The notes below the pieces were generated by a model. It saw only the letters and a program-made list of their open reading frames with translations, was not told the DNA's origin and made no database searches. From the NCBI GenBank assembly GCA_012838305.1, contig DUPN01000065.1:11637-75636 (forward strand): a stretch of 64,000 bases of DNA. Reading direction: 5' to 3'. Origin of the DNA: Bacillota bacterium. Its GTDB lineage: Bacteria > Bacillota > Limnochordia > Darwinibacteriales > Darwinibacteriaceae. Both the position numbers and the translations under genes were made by a program. Below are positions 30,948-39,641 of the stretch, piece by piece; the first letter of the stretch is position 1; the number at the start of each line of letters is the position of its first letter.

Positions 30948-31048
30948 GAAAAAGCAGAGGCGAATCCATCCGTGAGGGTGGATTCTCTTTTGGGATCCTA
31001 TGTGCTAAACTGAAGTCACAATAACAGACAAGGTGGACTGGTAGATGT

Positions 31049-31603
31049 ATGTCGTTTTTCACGCAGTTTCCCGTCTTGCAGACGGAGAGGTTGATTCTGC
31101 GACAACTCAGGTATGATGACGGTGCTCAAATTCACGCCTATTTCACCGAGGAGCTGGCCAAGTATTATGACTGGTGGCCAAGGACCATTGCGGATGGTCG
31201 CGGTTTCGTACGCTTCTTTAAGACAGGCTATCAAAACGAACAGTCCATCCGCTGGGGGATCACACTGAAACCTGAAGATAAAGTCATTGGGACCTGCGGC
31301 TTTAGCGATTTTGACCACTTTTCCCGGGCAGAACTTGGCTATGAGTTGTCCATGGAACACTGGCACAAAGGCTTGATGTTTGAGGCCCTGCAGGCCATCA
31401 TCCCCTTCGGTTTCGGGGAGATGGAAATGCACAGAATTCAAGCCTCTGTTTTTCCGGCCAACACAGCCTCCATTCGCCTGCTAGAGAAATTCGGATTTCA
31501 GAAAGAGGGCATTCTCCGTGAATATACGTATATCAAACACCGTGATGCCTGGGAAGACTGTTTAGTGATGGCTCTGCTCAAAAAGGAGTTTGAAGTGAAG
31601 TAG
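31049..31603 (+). CDS. GNAT family N-acetyltransferase (RimJ/RimL-like)
   Basis: 184 aa with a GNAT fold layout (ERLILRQL ... acetyl-CoA-binding region QASVFPANTASIRLLEKFGF). Confidence 0.8.
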   Translation: MSFFTQFPVLQTERLILRQLRYDDGAQIHAYFTEELAKYYDWWPRTIADGRGFVRFFKTGYQNEQSIRWGITLKPEDKVIGTCGFSDFDHFSRAELGYELSMEHWHKGLMFEALQAIIPFGFGEMEMHRIQASVFPANTASIRLLEKFGFQKEGILREYTYIKHRDAWEDCLVMALLKKEFEVK

Positions 31604-31654
31604 CCGTCTCAAAAAGACCAAGGGAGCACGGCGCATCTGTACTCCCTTTTCTTT

Positions 31655-32851
31655 TTATAGGGTGTCGAGCACAGCCTGAAGGTCTGCGATAATATCCTCT
31701 GGGTCTTCAAGTCCAACGGACAGGCGGACTAGGCCATCGCTGATGCCGCAAAGCTCTCGTTCCTCAGGACTGTAAGGGGAATGGGTCATGGAGGCCGGAT
31801 GCTGAATCAGGGTTTCCGTATCGCCCAAGCTCACCGCCAAGGTGCAAAGCTGTACACTGTTCATGAGAGTCCGGCCCGCTTCGATACCGCCTGTCAGCTC
31901 GAAGGCGATCATTGCTCCTGGCAGACGCATTTGCCTTTTCGCCAGTTCAAACTGGGGAAATGTATTGAGGCCTGGATAATGTACGGCGGCAACGGCAGGG
32001 TGTCTCTGCAGGAATTCCGCCACGATCTGGGCGTTTGCGCAATGCCTTTCCATGCGCAGCGCTAAGGTTTTAAAACCCCGGACAATGAGGTAGGCATCAA
32101 AGGGGCTCAAGACCGATCCGGTTAGATCTTTCACGCCGAAGTAGCGCACCTGATCCACGAACTCCTTCCTTCCTGCTACGATACCAGCGATCACGTCGCC
32201 ATGCCCGTTGAGATACTTTGTGGCAGAGTGCAAAACCACATCGGCACCAAGCTCGATCGGTTTTTGCAGGTAGGGGGTGCAGTAGGTGTTATCCACAAAG
32301 ACCATGCAGCCGGGAATTGTGTGGGCCAGAGCGCAGATCTTGGCGATGTCCGCAATTGTCATCGTGGGGTTAGCCGGGCTTTCGAGGTAGACGACCTTGG
32401 TATTGGGCTTGAGAGCCGCCTCCACTTCCTCAAGTCTGCTCATGTCAACAAAGGTTGTCTCAATGCCAAACTTGCTCGCTCCATGTCCCAGGAAGGCAAA
32501 GGTGCAGCCATAAAGTGCCTTGCCAGCAACGATGTGGTCACCTGGTTCGAGCACAGTCCAGAAGGCCGATGTGATCGCTCCCATTCCGGAGCCTGTGGTC
32601 ACAGCGGCCTCAGCTCCTTCCAGCAAAGCGAGCTTTTGCTCAAGTTCGGTGGAGTTGGGATTGCCTAATCTGGTGTAGATGTAGCCCTCTTCCTCTAAGG
32701 CAAAGCGTCTGGCACCTTGTTCGGCGCTGGCAAAGCGAAACGTAGATGCTTGATAAATCGGGGTGACCAGCGCCCCAGCCGCATTTGGGCTGTGCCCTCC
32801 ATGGATCGCTTTGGTGGCAAAACCCATATGTTCTAGGTCCTCTCTCCTCAT
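31655..32851 (-). CDS. PLP-dependent trans-sulfuration enzyme (methionine gamma-lyase / cystathionine gamma-synthase family)
   Basis: 398 aa Cys/Met-metabolism PLP family. PLP-Lys motif [12 protein letters not shown]-terminus TKAIHGG. Confidence 0.85.
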   Translation of the reverse strand: MRREDLEHMGFATKAIHGGHSPNAAGALVTPIYQASTFRFASAEQGARRFALEEEGYIYTRLGNPNSTELEQKLALLEGAEAAVTTGSGMGAITSAFWTVLEPGDHIVAGKALYGCTFAFLGHGASKFGIETTFVDMSRLEEVEAALKPNTKVVYLESPANPTMTIADIAKICALAHTIPGCMVFVDNTYCTPYLQKPIELGADVVLHSATKYLNGHGDVIAGIVAGRKEFVDQVRYFGVKDLTGSVLSPFDAYLIVRGFKTLALRMERHCANAQIVAEFLQRHPAVAAVHYPGLNTFPQFELAKRQMRLPGAMIAFELTGGIEAGRTLMNSVQLCTLAVSLGDTETLIQHPASMTHSPYSPEERELCGISDGLVRLSVGLEDPEDIIADLQAVLDTL

Positions 32852-33033
32852 AACTTCCCTCCGTTTTTACATTTATTTCACCTCTATTATACACTACGCT
32901 TCTGTCTTTGGGAAGGAAGAGCACTTGAACCAACAGGATTTCTGGTCTTTCCGGGGTATACTGTACAGTATGTGACTACTGCCGGAAGAGGGGCGATCAT
33001 GTGTGGACAAGAGTAGGGGCCTACTGGCAAGAG

Positions 33034-33669
33034 GCAATGAGACTTGCCTGGGATTCGTTTCTGGCAGGCACCGTGCCTGTCGGCTGTGTCATTGTGGACG
33101 TGCAAGGTGAGATTATCTCCCGGGGTCGAAATGCCATTTTCGGCTCCATCACCAGCTCGCCCCTGGACGGTACGAATTTGGCCCATGCCGAGATGAATGC
33201 CCTTTACCAGTTAAAAAGGGACGATCATCCCCAGATTCGCCAGTATACGCTGTACACATCCTTAGAGCCATGTCCCATGTGCTTTGGGGCCGCTGTGATG
33301 ATGGGTATTCGGCAGATTCGCTACGGGGCCCGCGATGCCATTGCAGGTTCGGCGGCCTTGCGAAGTGCCACCCCCTATTTGCGCAGCAAGAAAGTCCGGG
33401 TAGAGTTGGCCGATCCCAGTCTGGAGGTATTTCAGCTGGCCCTGGTAACCGCCTTTGAACTGCAGCGCAAGCACCGTCGTCAGGCGGAGTTCCTGGCTCT
33501 TCTGCGAGGTGATTGCCCGCTGGGCGCTGCGATTGGGACAGAGCTTTTTGGACAGGGTTATTTTGACCGGGCTCGCCAGGCCAATTATACTGTGCAACAA
33601 GTATATGATCAGATCATGGACGCTGCCAAGAAGCGTAGTATGAATGAGAACCTAGGGGGAATTGGGTGA
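33034..33669 (+). CDS. nucleoside deaminase (CMP/dCMP deaminase zinc-binding family) with a C-terminal extension
   Basis: Zinc-binding motifs HAEMNAL and PCPMC. The start at MRLAWDSF is inferred. Confidence 0.7.
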   Translation, partial: AMRLAWDSFLAGTVPVGCVIVDVQGEIISRGRNAIFGSITSSPLDGTNLAHAEMNALYQLKRDDHPQIRQYTLYTSLEPCPMCFGAAVMMGIRQIRYGARDAIAGSAALRSATPYLRSKKVRVELADPSLEVFQLALVTAFELQRKHRRQAEFLALLRGDCPLGAAIGTELFGQGYFDRARQANYTVQQVYDQIMDAAKKRSMNENLGGIG

Positions 33670-34379
33670 AATTTGTGTTGTTTGATCTGGACGGGACACT
33701 GCTCCCCATGGATCAAAATGTATTTGTCCGGAGCTACCTGCAGGAATTGTCGGTCAAGGGCGCGCAGCTTGGCTATGGGACACAAAAATTAGTACAGACT
33801 GTGATGGCCGGCTTCGAGGTGATGGTGGGCAATGACGGCGCCATGACCAATGAAGGCCGTTTTTGGGAACTATTCTTGGCCACGTATGGAGGCGAACGGG
33901 AGAAGCATGAGGCGGTCTTTGTTGAGTTTTACCAGAACGAGTTTTCCAAGGTTTCCCAGGCCACCAACCCAACTCCCATAGCCGACCAGTGCATACGGAT
34001 TTTGAAAGATAAGGGCTATGAGGCCGTTTTGGCCACCAATCCAGTGTTTCCAAAGGTGGCTACCGAGGAAAGAATGCGCTGGGCCGGTCTTAACCCCGCT
34101 GACTTTACCTGGATCACGACCTATGAGAACTCCCGTTTCACAAAACCACATCTGGGTTATTATCGGGAAATCTTGACGAACATCGGTGCAGACCCCCAAG
34201 ACTGTCTGATGGTTGGCAATGATGTTCAGGAAGACCTCGCAGCACTGAAGCTGGGCATGCAGGTGTTTTTGGTGACCGACGACCTGATCAACCTAGCTGA
34301 TCAGGACTATTCTGACGTTCCCCATGGCAATCGCCAGGCCATGGTCGGTTATCTTAGGGAGCTGCCTACAAGGAGATGA
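33666..34379 (+). CDS. HAD family hydrolase
   Basis: HAD motif I FDLDGTL at the N-terminus, and motif IV GNDVQEDL. Confidence 0.8.
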   Translation: MKFVLFDLDGTLLPMDQNVFVRSYLQELSVKGAQLGYGTQKLVQTVMAGFEVMVGNDGAMTNEGRFWELFLATYGGEREKHEAVFVEFYQNEFSKVSQATNPTPIADQCIRILKDKGYEAVLATNPVFPKVATEERMRWAGLNPADFTWITTYENSRFTKPHLGYYREILTNIGADPQDCLMVGNDVQEDLAALKLGMQVFLVTDDLINLADQDYSDVPHGNRQAMVGYLRELPTRR

Positions 34380-34383
34380 TCAG

Positions 34384-35007
34384 ATGTCCAGACTCGTTGA
34401 CTTGAGCCATGTATTGCGGGACGGTTCTCCACACTACCCAGGGGATGAGCCTTTTCGTTTGGTGCAGCGCAAGAGCGTGAGCGAGGACGGATTCACATCC
34501 TTCCTATTAAAGAGCGGTTTCCATGTGGGCACCCACCTCGATGCTCCTTTGCACTTCTTGGAGGAGGGAGCTATGGTCCAAGACCTTCCACTTGCGACCT
34601 TTATCGGCCGGGGAGTTCTCCTGGATGTGCGGGGGCAGTCACTCCTTGGTCCCAAGGTTGAATATGGCTCCTTGGTGACCAGGGGCGATATTGTCTTGCT
34701 CTGGAGTGACTGGAGTACTACTTACGGCACAGACGCGTACTACACAGAGCATCCCACTTTACACGAGGGACTGGCGGACTTCTTGATTGAACGAGGCGTT
34801 AAGCTGCTCGGACTGGACTTTCCCTCTCCCGACACTGCACCCTTTGCCATTCACAAGAAACTATTGGATGCGGGCATCCCCATCATTGAGAACCTGACCA
34901 ACCTTGCGGAATTAGCGCCAGCAAGAGCATTTGACGTTATGGCCTTTCCTTTAAAGATCCGTGCGGAAGGATCGCCAGTGAGGGTGGTTGCTCAGATCAA
35001 CAACTAA
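34384..35007 (+). CDS. cyclase family protein (kynurenine formamidase-like)
   Basis: Cyclase motif HVGTHLDAPLHF. About 207 aa. Start moved to the ATG at 34384. Confidence 0.8.
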   Translation: MSRLVDLSHVLRDGSPHYPGDEPFRLVQRKSVSEDGFTSFLLKSGFHVGTHLDAPLHFLEEGAMVQDLPLATFIGRGVLLDVRGQSLLGPKVEYGSLVTRGDIVLLWSDWSTTYGTDAYYTEHPTLHEGLADFLIERGVKLLGLDFPSPDTAPFAIHKKLLDAGIPIIENLTNLAELAPARAFDVMAFPLKIRAEGSPVRVVAQINN

Positions 35008-35024
35008 GGATTGGGAGGTGCGTC

Positions 35025-35945
35025 ATGCATAGAGCTGAAGCATGGCTGAAGCGCTATGGTCGTCCGTTGGAAGCCGCTCGGTGGGACTTCCTCTTCAGGG
35101 GAGGATCTGCTGAACGAGTGCTGCACTATCTGTCTGCATTTCAAAATGAGGATGGAGGCTTTGGACATGGACTGGAGCCGGATTTTTGGCTCCCTGCGTC
35201 GTCGCCGATGGCCACTTGGATGGCGGGTCAGATATTAGTTGAGGTGCAGGCGGCTGCCGGTGAGTCCATGGTAAAGAGTATGCTGGACTACTTGATACAG
35301 ACACCGCAAGTCCAGCCCGGTATGTGGGCCTCGGTTCTGCCGGGGAACAATCAGTATCCCCATGCGCCGTGGTGGCATTGGCAGGAAGATGCCCAGGAGA
35401 TTTGGATGTTCAATCCCAGCGTGGAACTTGCGGCCCTTCTTCTGCGTTGGTCACCGGAGGGAAGTGTTGGGGCCAGATTAGGCTGGGAGTCTCTCAAAAG
35501 GGCCGTACCCCGGGTGATGCAGGCTGCATCCATGGAACGGCATGAGCTTAGCAACTACCGAAAATGTGTAAGTCTCTTGGCCCCTCATAAAGAGCGGTTT
35601 AATATCCTAATGGAACATTCCTTGGACGAAGTGCGGCAAAAGTTGGATGCGTTGACCCGCTTCGTAATTGACAAGGATGTCTGCAATTGGGACAAAGGCT
35701 ATAAAGCGCTACCCCTGGATTTCATCCAGAGTCCCTACGATCCTCTCTATCACGAGTTTCGGGAACTCGTACACGAAAACCTTCGATTCTATCTCGCTCA
35801 GCGAACGGAGGACGGTCTCTGGGGCATAACCTGGAGTTGGGTGGACTTTCCCGAAGATTTCGCCGTGGCCCGTCGATACTGGCAGGGTATTCTGGCGGTG
35901 GAGCGCTACAAAGTACTTAAGGCCTTTGAGGAGGATCTGGGATGA
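35025..35945 (+). CDS. hypothetical protein with a prenyltransferase/terpene-cyclase-like repeat motif (NEDGGFG)
   Basis: 306 aa, no confident family. A single QxxDGGFG-like motif is typical of alpha/alpha-toroid repeat proteins. Confidence 0.45.
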   Translation: MHRAEAWLKRYGRPLEAARWDFLFRGGSAERVLHYLSAFQNEDGGFGHGLEPDFWLPASSPMATWMAGQILVEVQAAAGESMVKSMLDYLIQTPQVQPGMWASVLPGNNQYPHAPWWHWQEDAQEIWMFNPSVELAALLLRWSPEGSVGARLGWESLKRAVPRVMQAASMERHELSNYRKCVSLLAPHKERFNILMEHSLDEVRQKLDALTRFVIDKDVCNWDKGYKALPLDFIQSPYDPLYHEFRELVHENLRFYLAQRTEDGLWGITWSWVDFPEDFAVARRYWQGILAVERYKVLKAFEEDLG

Positions 35946-36169
35946 TCAAGGAGTGCCAGGCTTGCGGACAAACGCATCTATTAGCGGCCACTACCGCATC
36001 CAATGGAGGGTACGGGCCGAACTTGCTGCCAGGAACCGGGAGCTGGCGGCCGGCCCGGTTTGAGGTCGTTGTTTGCGGCAAATGTGGGTATGTACATTGG
36101 TTTGTGCAGAAAGAAGACTTGGATAAGGTGAAGCGATCGAAGCATTTTCGACCCTATAGACCAAGTTGA
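35942..36169 (+). CDS. zinc-ribbon domain protein (CxxC ... CxxC)
   Basis: 75 aa with CQACG and CGKCG pairs. The start overlaps the upstream stop (ATGA), suggesting translational coupling. Confidence 0.4.
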   Translation: MIKECQACGQTHLLAATTASNGGYGPNLLPGTGSWRPARFEVVVCGKCGYVHWFVQKEDLDKVKRSKHFRPYRPS

Positions 36170-36499
36170 GACAGATTTTTACACGCTGAGGTGGGTGGTA
36201 TGGGCTGCTTGCTGCTAGGTGTGCCAATTGTTGTTTAATCTTGGAGGCAGTTGTGACTGGCATCTTCCTGGGAAGGACATCGTCTGAGTCCCGCTCGGCA
36301 GGGTTTGAACCTCGCCTTCTTGCTGGTCTTTCTTTGTGGTCCGTCAGCCCAGTTGGAGGGGTAGGTGTCCGCTTCTATGCAGGGCTTCCATCCCACCTTA
36401 CCCTCCCTCGTTTTTTTGGGAATCTGCCCGCCGGCGTTGGAGTAGGATCGTGTCATATAGACTAACGCAACACATCTTAAAAAGTGGGAGGTCTCAAAC

Positions 36500-37132
36500 G
36501 TGGCATTTGACTTCAAGAAAGAGTACAAACAGTTTTATCTTCCTGGTATCCAGCCCGAAATTGTGGAGATACCACCCATGAATTATCAAGCGGTACGGGG
36601 GGTGGGAGACCCCAATGAAGAGGGGGGAGACTATCAACGGTCCATTGAGCTCCTTTATGCGGTGGCCTATACCATCAAGATGAGCCACAAGGGAGCGCGC
36701 CGCATTGAGGGCTTCTTTGAGTACGTGGTCCCTCCGTTGGAAGGTTTCTGGTGGCAGGAAGGGGTGCATGGAGTTGATTATACCAAAAAGGACGCCTTCC
36801 ACTGGATTTCCGCGATCCGGCTGCCGGACTTTGTGACCGAAGACGATTTAGAGTGGGCTAAGGACGAGGTCACTCGCAAGAAGAAACTAGACTGCTCCCC
36901 GGTTGAGTTCTTGACTGTGAACGAAGGCCTCTGCGTGCAGATCATGCATCTCGGGCCCTTTGACGCAGAACCCAAGACGGTAGCGAGGATGGAGGAGTTC
37001 CTGAGAGCAGAGGGGTATCGGAGTGATTTTTCTGATCAGAGGCGACATCACGAAATCTACCTCTCCGATGTACGAAGGGTGACTCCGGACAAGTATCGAA
37101 CGGTGATTCGCCATCCCATTAGAAGGGGGTAA
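36500..37132 (+). CDS. GyrI-like small-molecule-binding domain protein
   Basis: 210 aa. Composition and length match GyrI-like/AraC-effector-binding-like proteins. No helix-turn-helix detected. Confidence 0.55.
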   Translation: MAFDFKKEYKQFYLPGIQPEIVEIPPMNYQAVRGVGDPNEEGGDYQRSIELLYAVAYTIKMSHKGARRIEGFFEYVVPPLEGFWWQEGVHGVDYTKKDAFHWISAIRLPDFVTEDDLEWAKDEVTRKKKLDCSPVEFLTVNEGLCVQIMHLGPFDAEPKTVARMEEFLRAEGYRSDFSDQRRHHEIYLSDVRRVTPDKYRTVIRHPIRRG

Positions 37133-37141
37133 GGCAAGCAG

Positions 37142-37981
37142 ATGAGGGAGGAACAAGCTGTTCTGCGAACCTTGTGCGGCTGGGCCCAGGAAAGTGCTGC
37201 CGTTCGGGGTATGGTCTTAACGAGCTCCAGAGTGGTTCCAGGCTCGGCTATTGACTTTCTCTCTGACTACGACATCGAGCTCTACGTCTCCAATCTAGCC
37301 CCTTTTGCGGCCAATGATGATTGGCTGACGTTTATGGGCCCAATTATGGTCCGCTGGCCCTATCAACCCCGTGCCACCGTCCGTGAGGGTTGGATTACAC
37401 GTCTAGTCTTGTTTCAAGACGGGGTGCGGGTAGATTTCCAGATCACCGCAGACCTCCATGTGTCTGCCGATGCATACCGCAATGGAGGCCGGGTCCTTGT
37501 GGACAAGGATAACCTTTTTGCCCACCTTAGGGAACCAAGCTACACGGAGTACTTGGTAAAGAAGCCCACGGCCGAGCGCTATGAAGAGCTTGTCCATGAA
37601 TTCTGGTGGGATGCCATTTATGTGCCCAAGTATCTTTGGCGCAAGGAACTGCCCTTCGCCAAGTACATGCTCGATCACGTCTTGCGCCATAACTTCTTAT
37701 ATCCCATGATCGAGTGGTATCTAGGCACCATCACAGATTGGACAGCTAACCCCGGTCTGTGGGGGAAGCGGTTCAAACACTATCTAGATCAGGAAACGTG
37801 GTGGCAGCTGGAGGCCACCTTCGCAGGGGCAGACCTGGGCGAAAGTTGGCAGGCATTTTTTGCCCTGCTCGATCTGTTCTCCCGATTAGCCAGGGAGGTG
37901 GCAGGCCACGTAGGTTTCACCTACCCTGCCAGACTCGAAGACGATGTGAGAGAGTACTGTCTATGGATTTCCCGTCAATAA
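37142..37981 (+). CDS. aminoglycoside 6-nucleotidyltransferase ANT(6)/AadK family protein (streptomycin adenylyltransferase-like)
   Basis: Recalled alignment to ANT(6)-Ia: VLTSSRVVPGSAIDFLSDYDIELYVSNLAPFAANDDWLTFMGPIMV against GSRANINIPKDEFQDYDITYFVSDIEPFISNDDWLNQFGNIIMM. 279 aa. Confidence 0.8.
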   Translation: MREEQAVLRTLCGWAQESAAVRGMVLTSSRVVPGSAIDFLSDYDIELYVSNLAPFAANDDWLTFMGPIMVRWPYQPRATVREGWITRLVLFQDGVRVDFQITADLHVSADAYRNGGRVLVDKDNLFAHLREPSYTEYLVKKPTAERYEELVHEFWWDAIYVPKYLWRKELPFAKYMLDHVLRHNFLYPMIEWYLGTITDWTANPGLWGKRFKHYLDQETWWQLEATFAGADLGESWQAFFALLDLFSRLAREVAGHVGFTYPARLEDDVREYCLWISRQ

Positions 37982-37984
37982 GGG

Positions 37985-38851
37985 GTGGATGCTGTGGACG
38001 TTTTGGATGTTCATTTCCATGCAGTGGGTACCATCAGTGAAGAAGACATGTCCTATGCAGTCATCGCCGCCAAGTATGGGGAGAAGTGGCTTTTTGTGCG
38101 GCAGAAGGCCAGACACACCTGGGAGATTCCAGGCGGACGCAAAGAACCGGGTGAGCTTGTGCTGCAAACGGCCCAGCGAGAACTCTTCGAGGAAACAGGT
38201 GCACTTGACTATCGCTTGCAGTCTATTTCCGATTATTCTGTCACCCGGGAGGAGACCCGTCACGGACGATTGTTCTTGGCAGACATATTGAACCTAGGAC
38301 CTTTGCCCGAGTCGGAAATCGCCCAGATTATTGCGGTGGAGGACTTGCCCGCCCAACTAACCTACCCCGCCATCCAGCCCCTTTTGCTTTGGAAGGTCCA
38401 GGAAACCTTGGGCGACATTGTGGAAGTGTCCAAGGAGAACATGTCCCCCTGGGTCGAGATGGGAGTTTCGCTTTGGCCTGATCACTCATTTGAGGAAATG
38501 CGAGAGACGTGCGTCTCGATCCTAGACTCCCAAAAGGAAACCGGCTTTCTCTGCCGCCTTTACGGGGAGTATGTTGGCTTCATTAATGTATCGATTCGCG
38601 CTGACTATGTGGAAGGCTCGAGTTCCAGCCCCGTGGGCTATGTGGAAGGGATTTATGTGCAGGCGTCCCATCGAAAGCGGGGGATTGCGAAAAGGCTCCT
38701 GCAACGAGCCGAGAGCTGGGCGCGGAGCAAGGGCTGCACCCAGATGGGATCCGATATTGAGCTGGGCAACACTGCCAGCTATGCTTTCCACAAGAAGGTG
38801 GGTTTTCAGGAGGCCAACCGCATTATCTGTTTGATCAAGGATATTGACTGA
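37985..38851 (+). CDS. Nudix hydrolase fused to an AAC(6')-like GNAT N-acetyltransferase
   Basis: Perfect Nudix box GGRKEPGELVLQTAQRELFEETGA in the N-terminal half. C-terminal half GNAT with an AAC(6')-I-like tail (GYVEGIYVQASHRKRGIAKRLLQRAESWA...GFQE). Confidence 0.7.
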   Translation: MDAVDVLDVHFHAVGTISEEDMSYAVIAAKYGEKWLFVRQKARHTWEIPGGRKEPGELVLQTAQRELFEETGALDYRLQSISDYSVTREETRHGRLFLADILNLGPLPESEIAQIIAVEDLPAQLTYPAIQPLLLWKVQETLGDIVEVSKENMSPWVEMGVSLWPDHSFEEMRETCVSILDSQKETGFLCRLYGEYVGFINVSIRADYVEGSSSSPVGYVEGIYVQASHRKRGIAKRLLQRAESWARSKGCTQMGSDIELGNTASYAFHKKVGFQEANRIICLIKDID

Positions 38852-38878
38852 GAAACCTATCAGAACGGAGTTGATAAG

Positions 38879-39634
38879 ATGAATCCAGTCCTAGGCGTGA
38901 TCCATGGCAGGACATCCTTACGGCGCTACAAAGACCACCCAATTTCTGATCAAGATCTCCAGACGATCCTGGAAGCCACCCTCAGGGCTCCCACAGCGGG
39001 GAACATGATGCTCTATTCTGTGTTGACGATCAAGGATCAAACCACCAAGGACACCTTAAGCAAGACCTGTGACAACCAGCCCTTCATTGCCAGGGCCCCT
39101 TTGGTTCTGGTCTTTTTGGCCGACTACCAACGCTGGTTTGACTACTATCGCCTCTCCGGCGTTGAGGATCTTCGCCCGCCCGATGTGGGGGATCTCTTTT
39201 TGGCCATGGACGACGCTTTGATTGCAGCCCAAACAGCTGTGATCGCTGCGGAGAGTTTGGGCATCGGTACCTGCTATATCGGTGATATTATGGAAAATTA
39301 CGAAACGCACCGCAAACTCTTGGGGCTCCCAGACTATGTCTTTCCCGCAGCCATGCTCACTTTGGGTTATTATCCCCCCGCGTATCAGCCCAAGTTTCGG
39401 GAACGATTTGACCAGGAGTACATTGTCCATAGTGAGAGCTACCGACACTTGGGCGATGCGGACTTAGCCAAGATGTTTGCCCGTCTCGAAGAGGATTTTA
39501 CACCCAAGAACAAGTTCGGAGCAAAGAACATGGGGCAGTTCACGTACGCCCGTAAGACCGGAAGTGCCTTTGCCCAGGAAATGAGTCGCTCCATCCGGGC
39601 GGCCCTCCAAAACTGGCCGGGCGGAGCCGATTGA
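38879..39634 (+). CDS. nitroreductase family protein (NAD(P)H-dependent, FMN)
   Basis: 251 aa nitroreductase fold (IHGRTSLRRY N-terminus, dimer-interface region). Confidence 0.85.
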   Translation: MNPVLGVIHGRTSLRRYKDHPISDQDLQTILEATLRAPTAGNMMLYSVLTIKDQTTKDTLSKTCDNQPFIARAPLVLVFLADYQRWFDYYRLSGVEDLRPPDVGDLFLAMDDALIAAQTAVIAAESLGIGTCYIGDIMENYETHRKLLGLPDYVFPAAMLTLGYYPPAYQPKFRERFDQEYIVHSESYRHLGDADLAKMFARLEEDFTPKNKFGAKNMGQFTYARKTGSAFAQEMSRSIRAALQNWPGGAD

Positions 39635-39641
39635 GGCAGAA

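Noticed and set aside
36286-36300. GGGTTTGAACC, a tRNA T-loop-like string
   Set aside because: The flanks do not form a T-stem, acceptor stem or anticodon arm on either strand. It is not a tRNA.
36235-36528. 97 aa minus-strand and 74-81 aa plus-strand ORFs in the 36170-36500 gap
   Set aside because: Low-complexity, Pro/Gly/Arg-rich translations without starts backed by an RBS. The region reads better as non-coding or structured.
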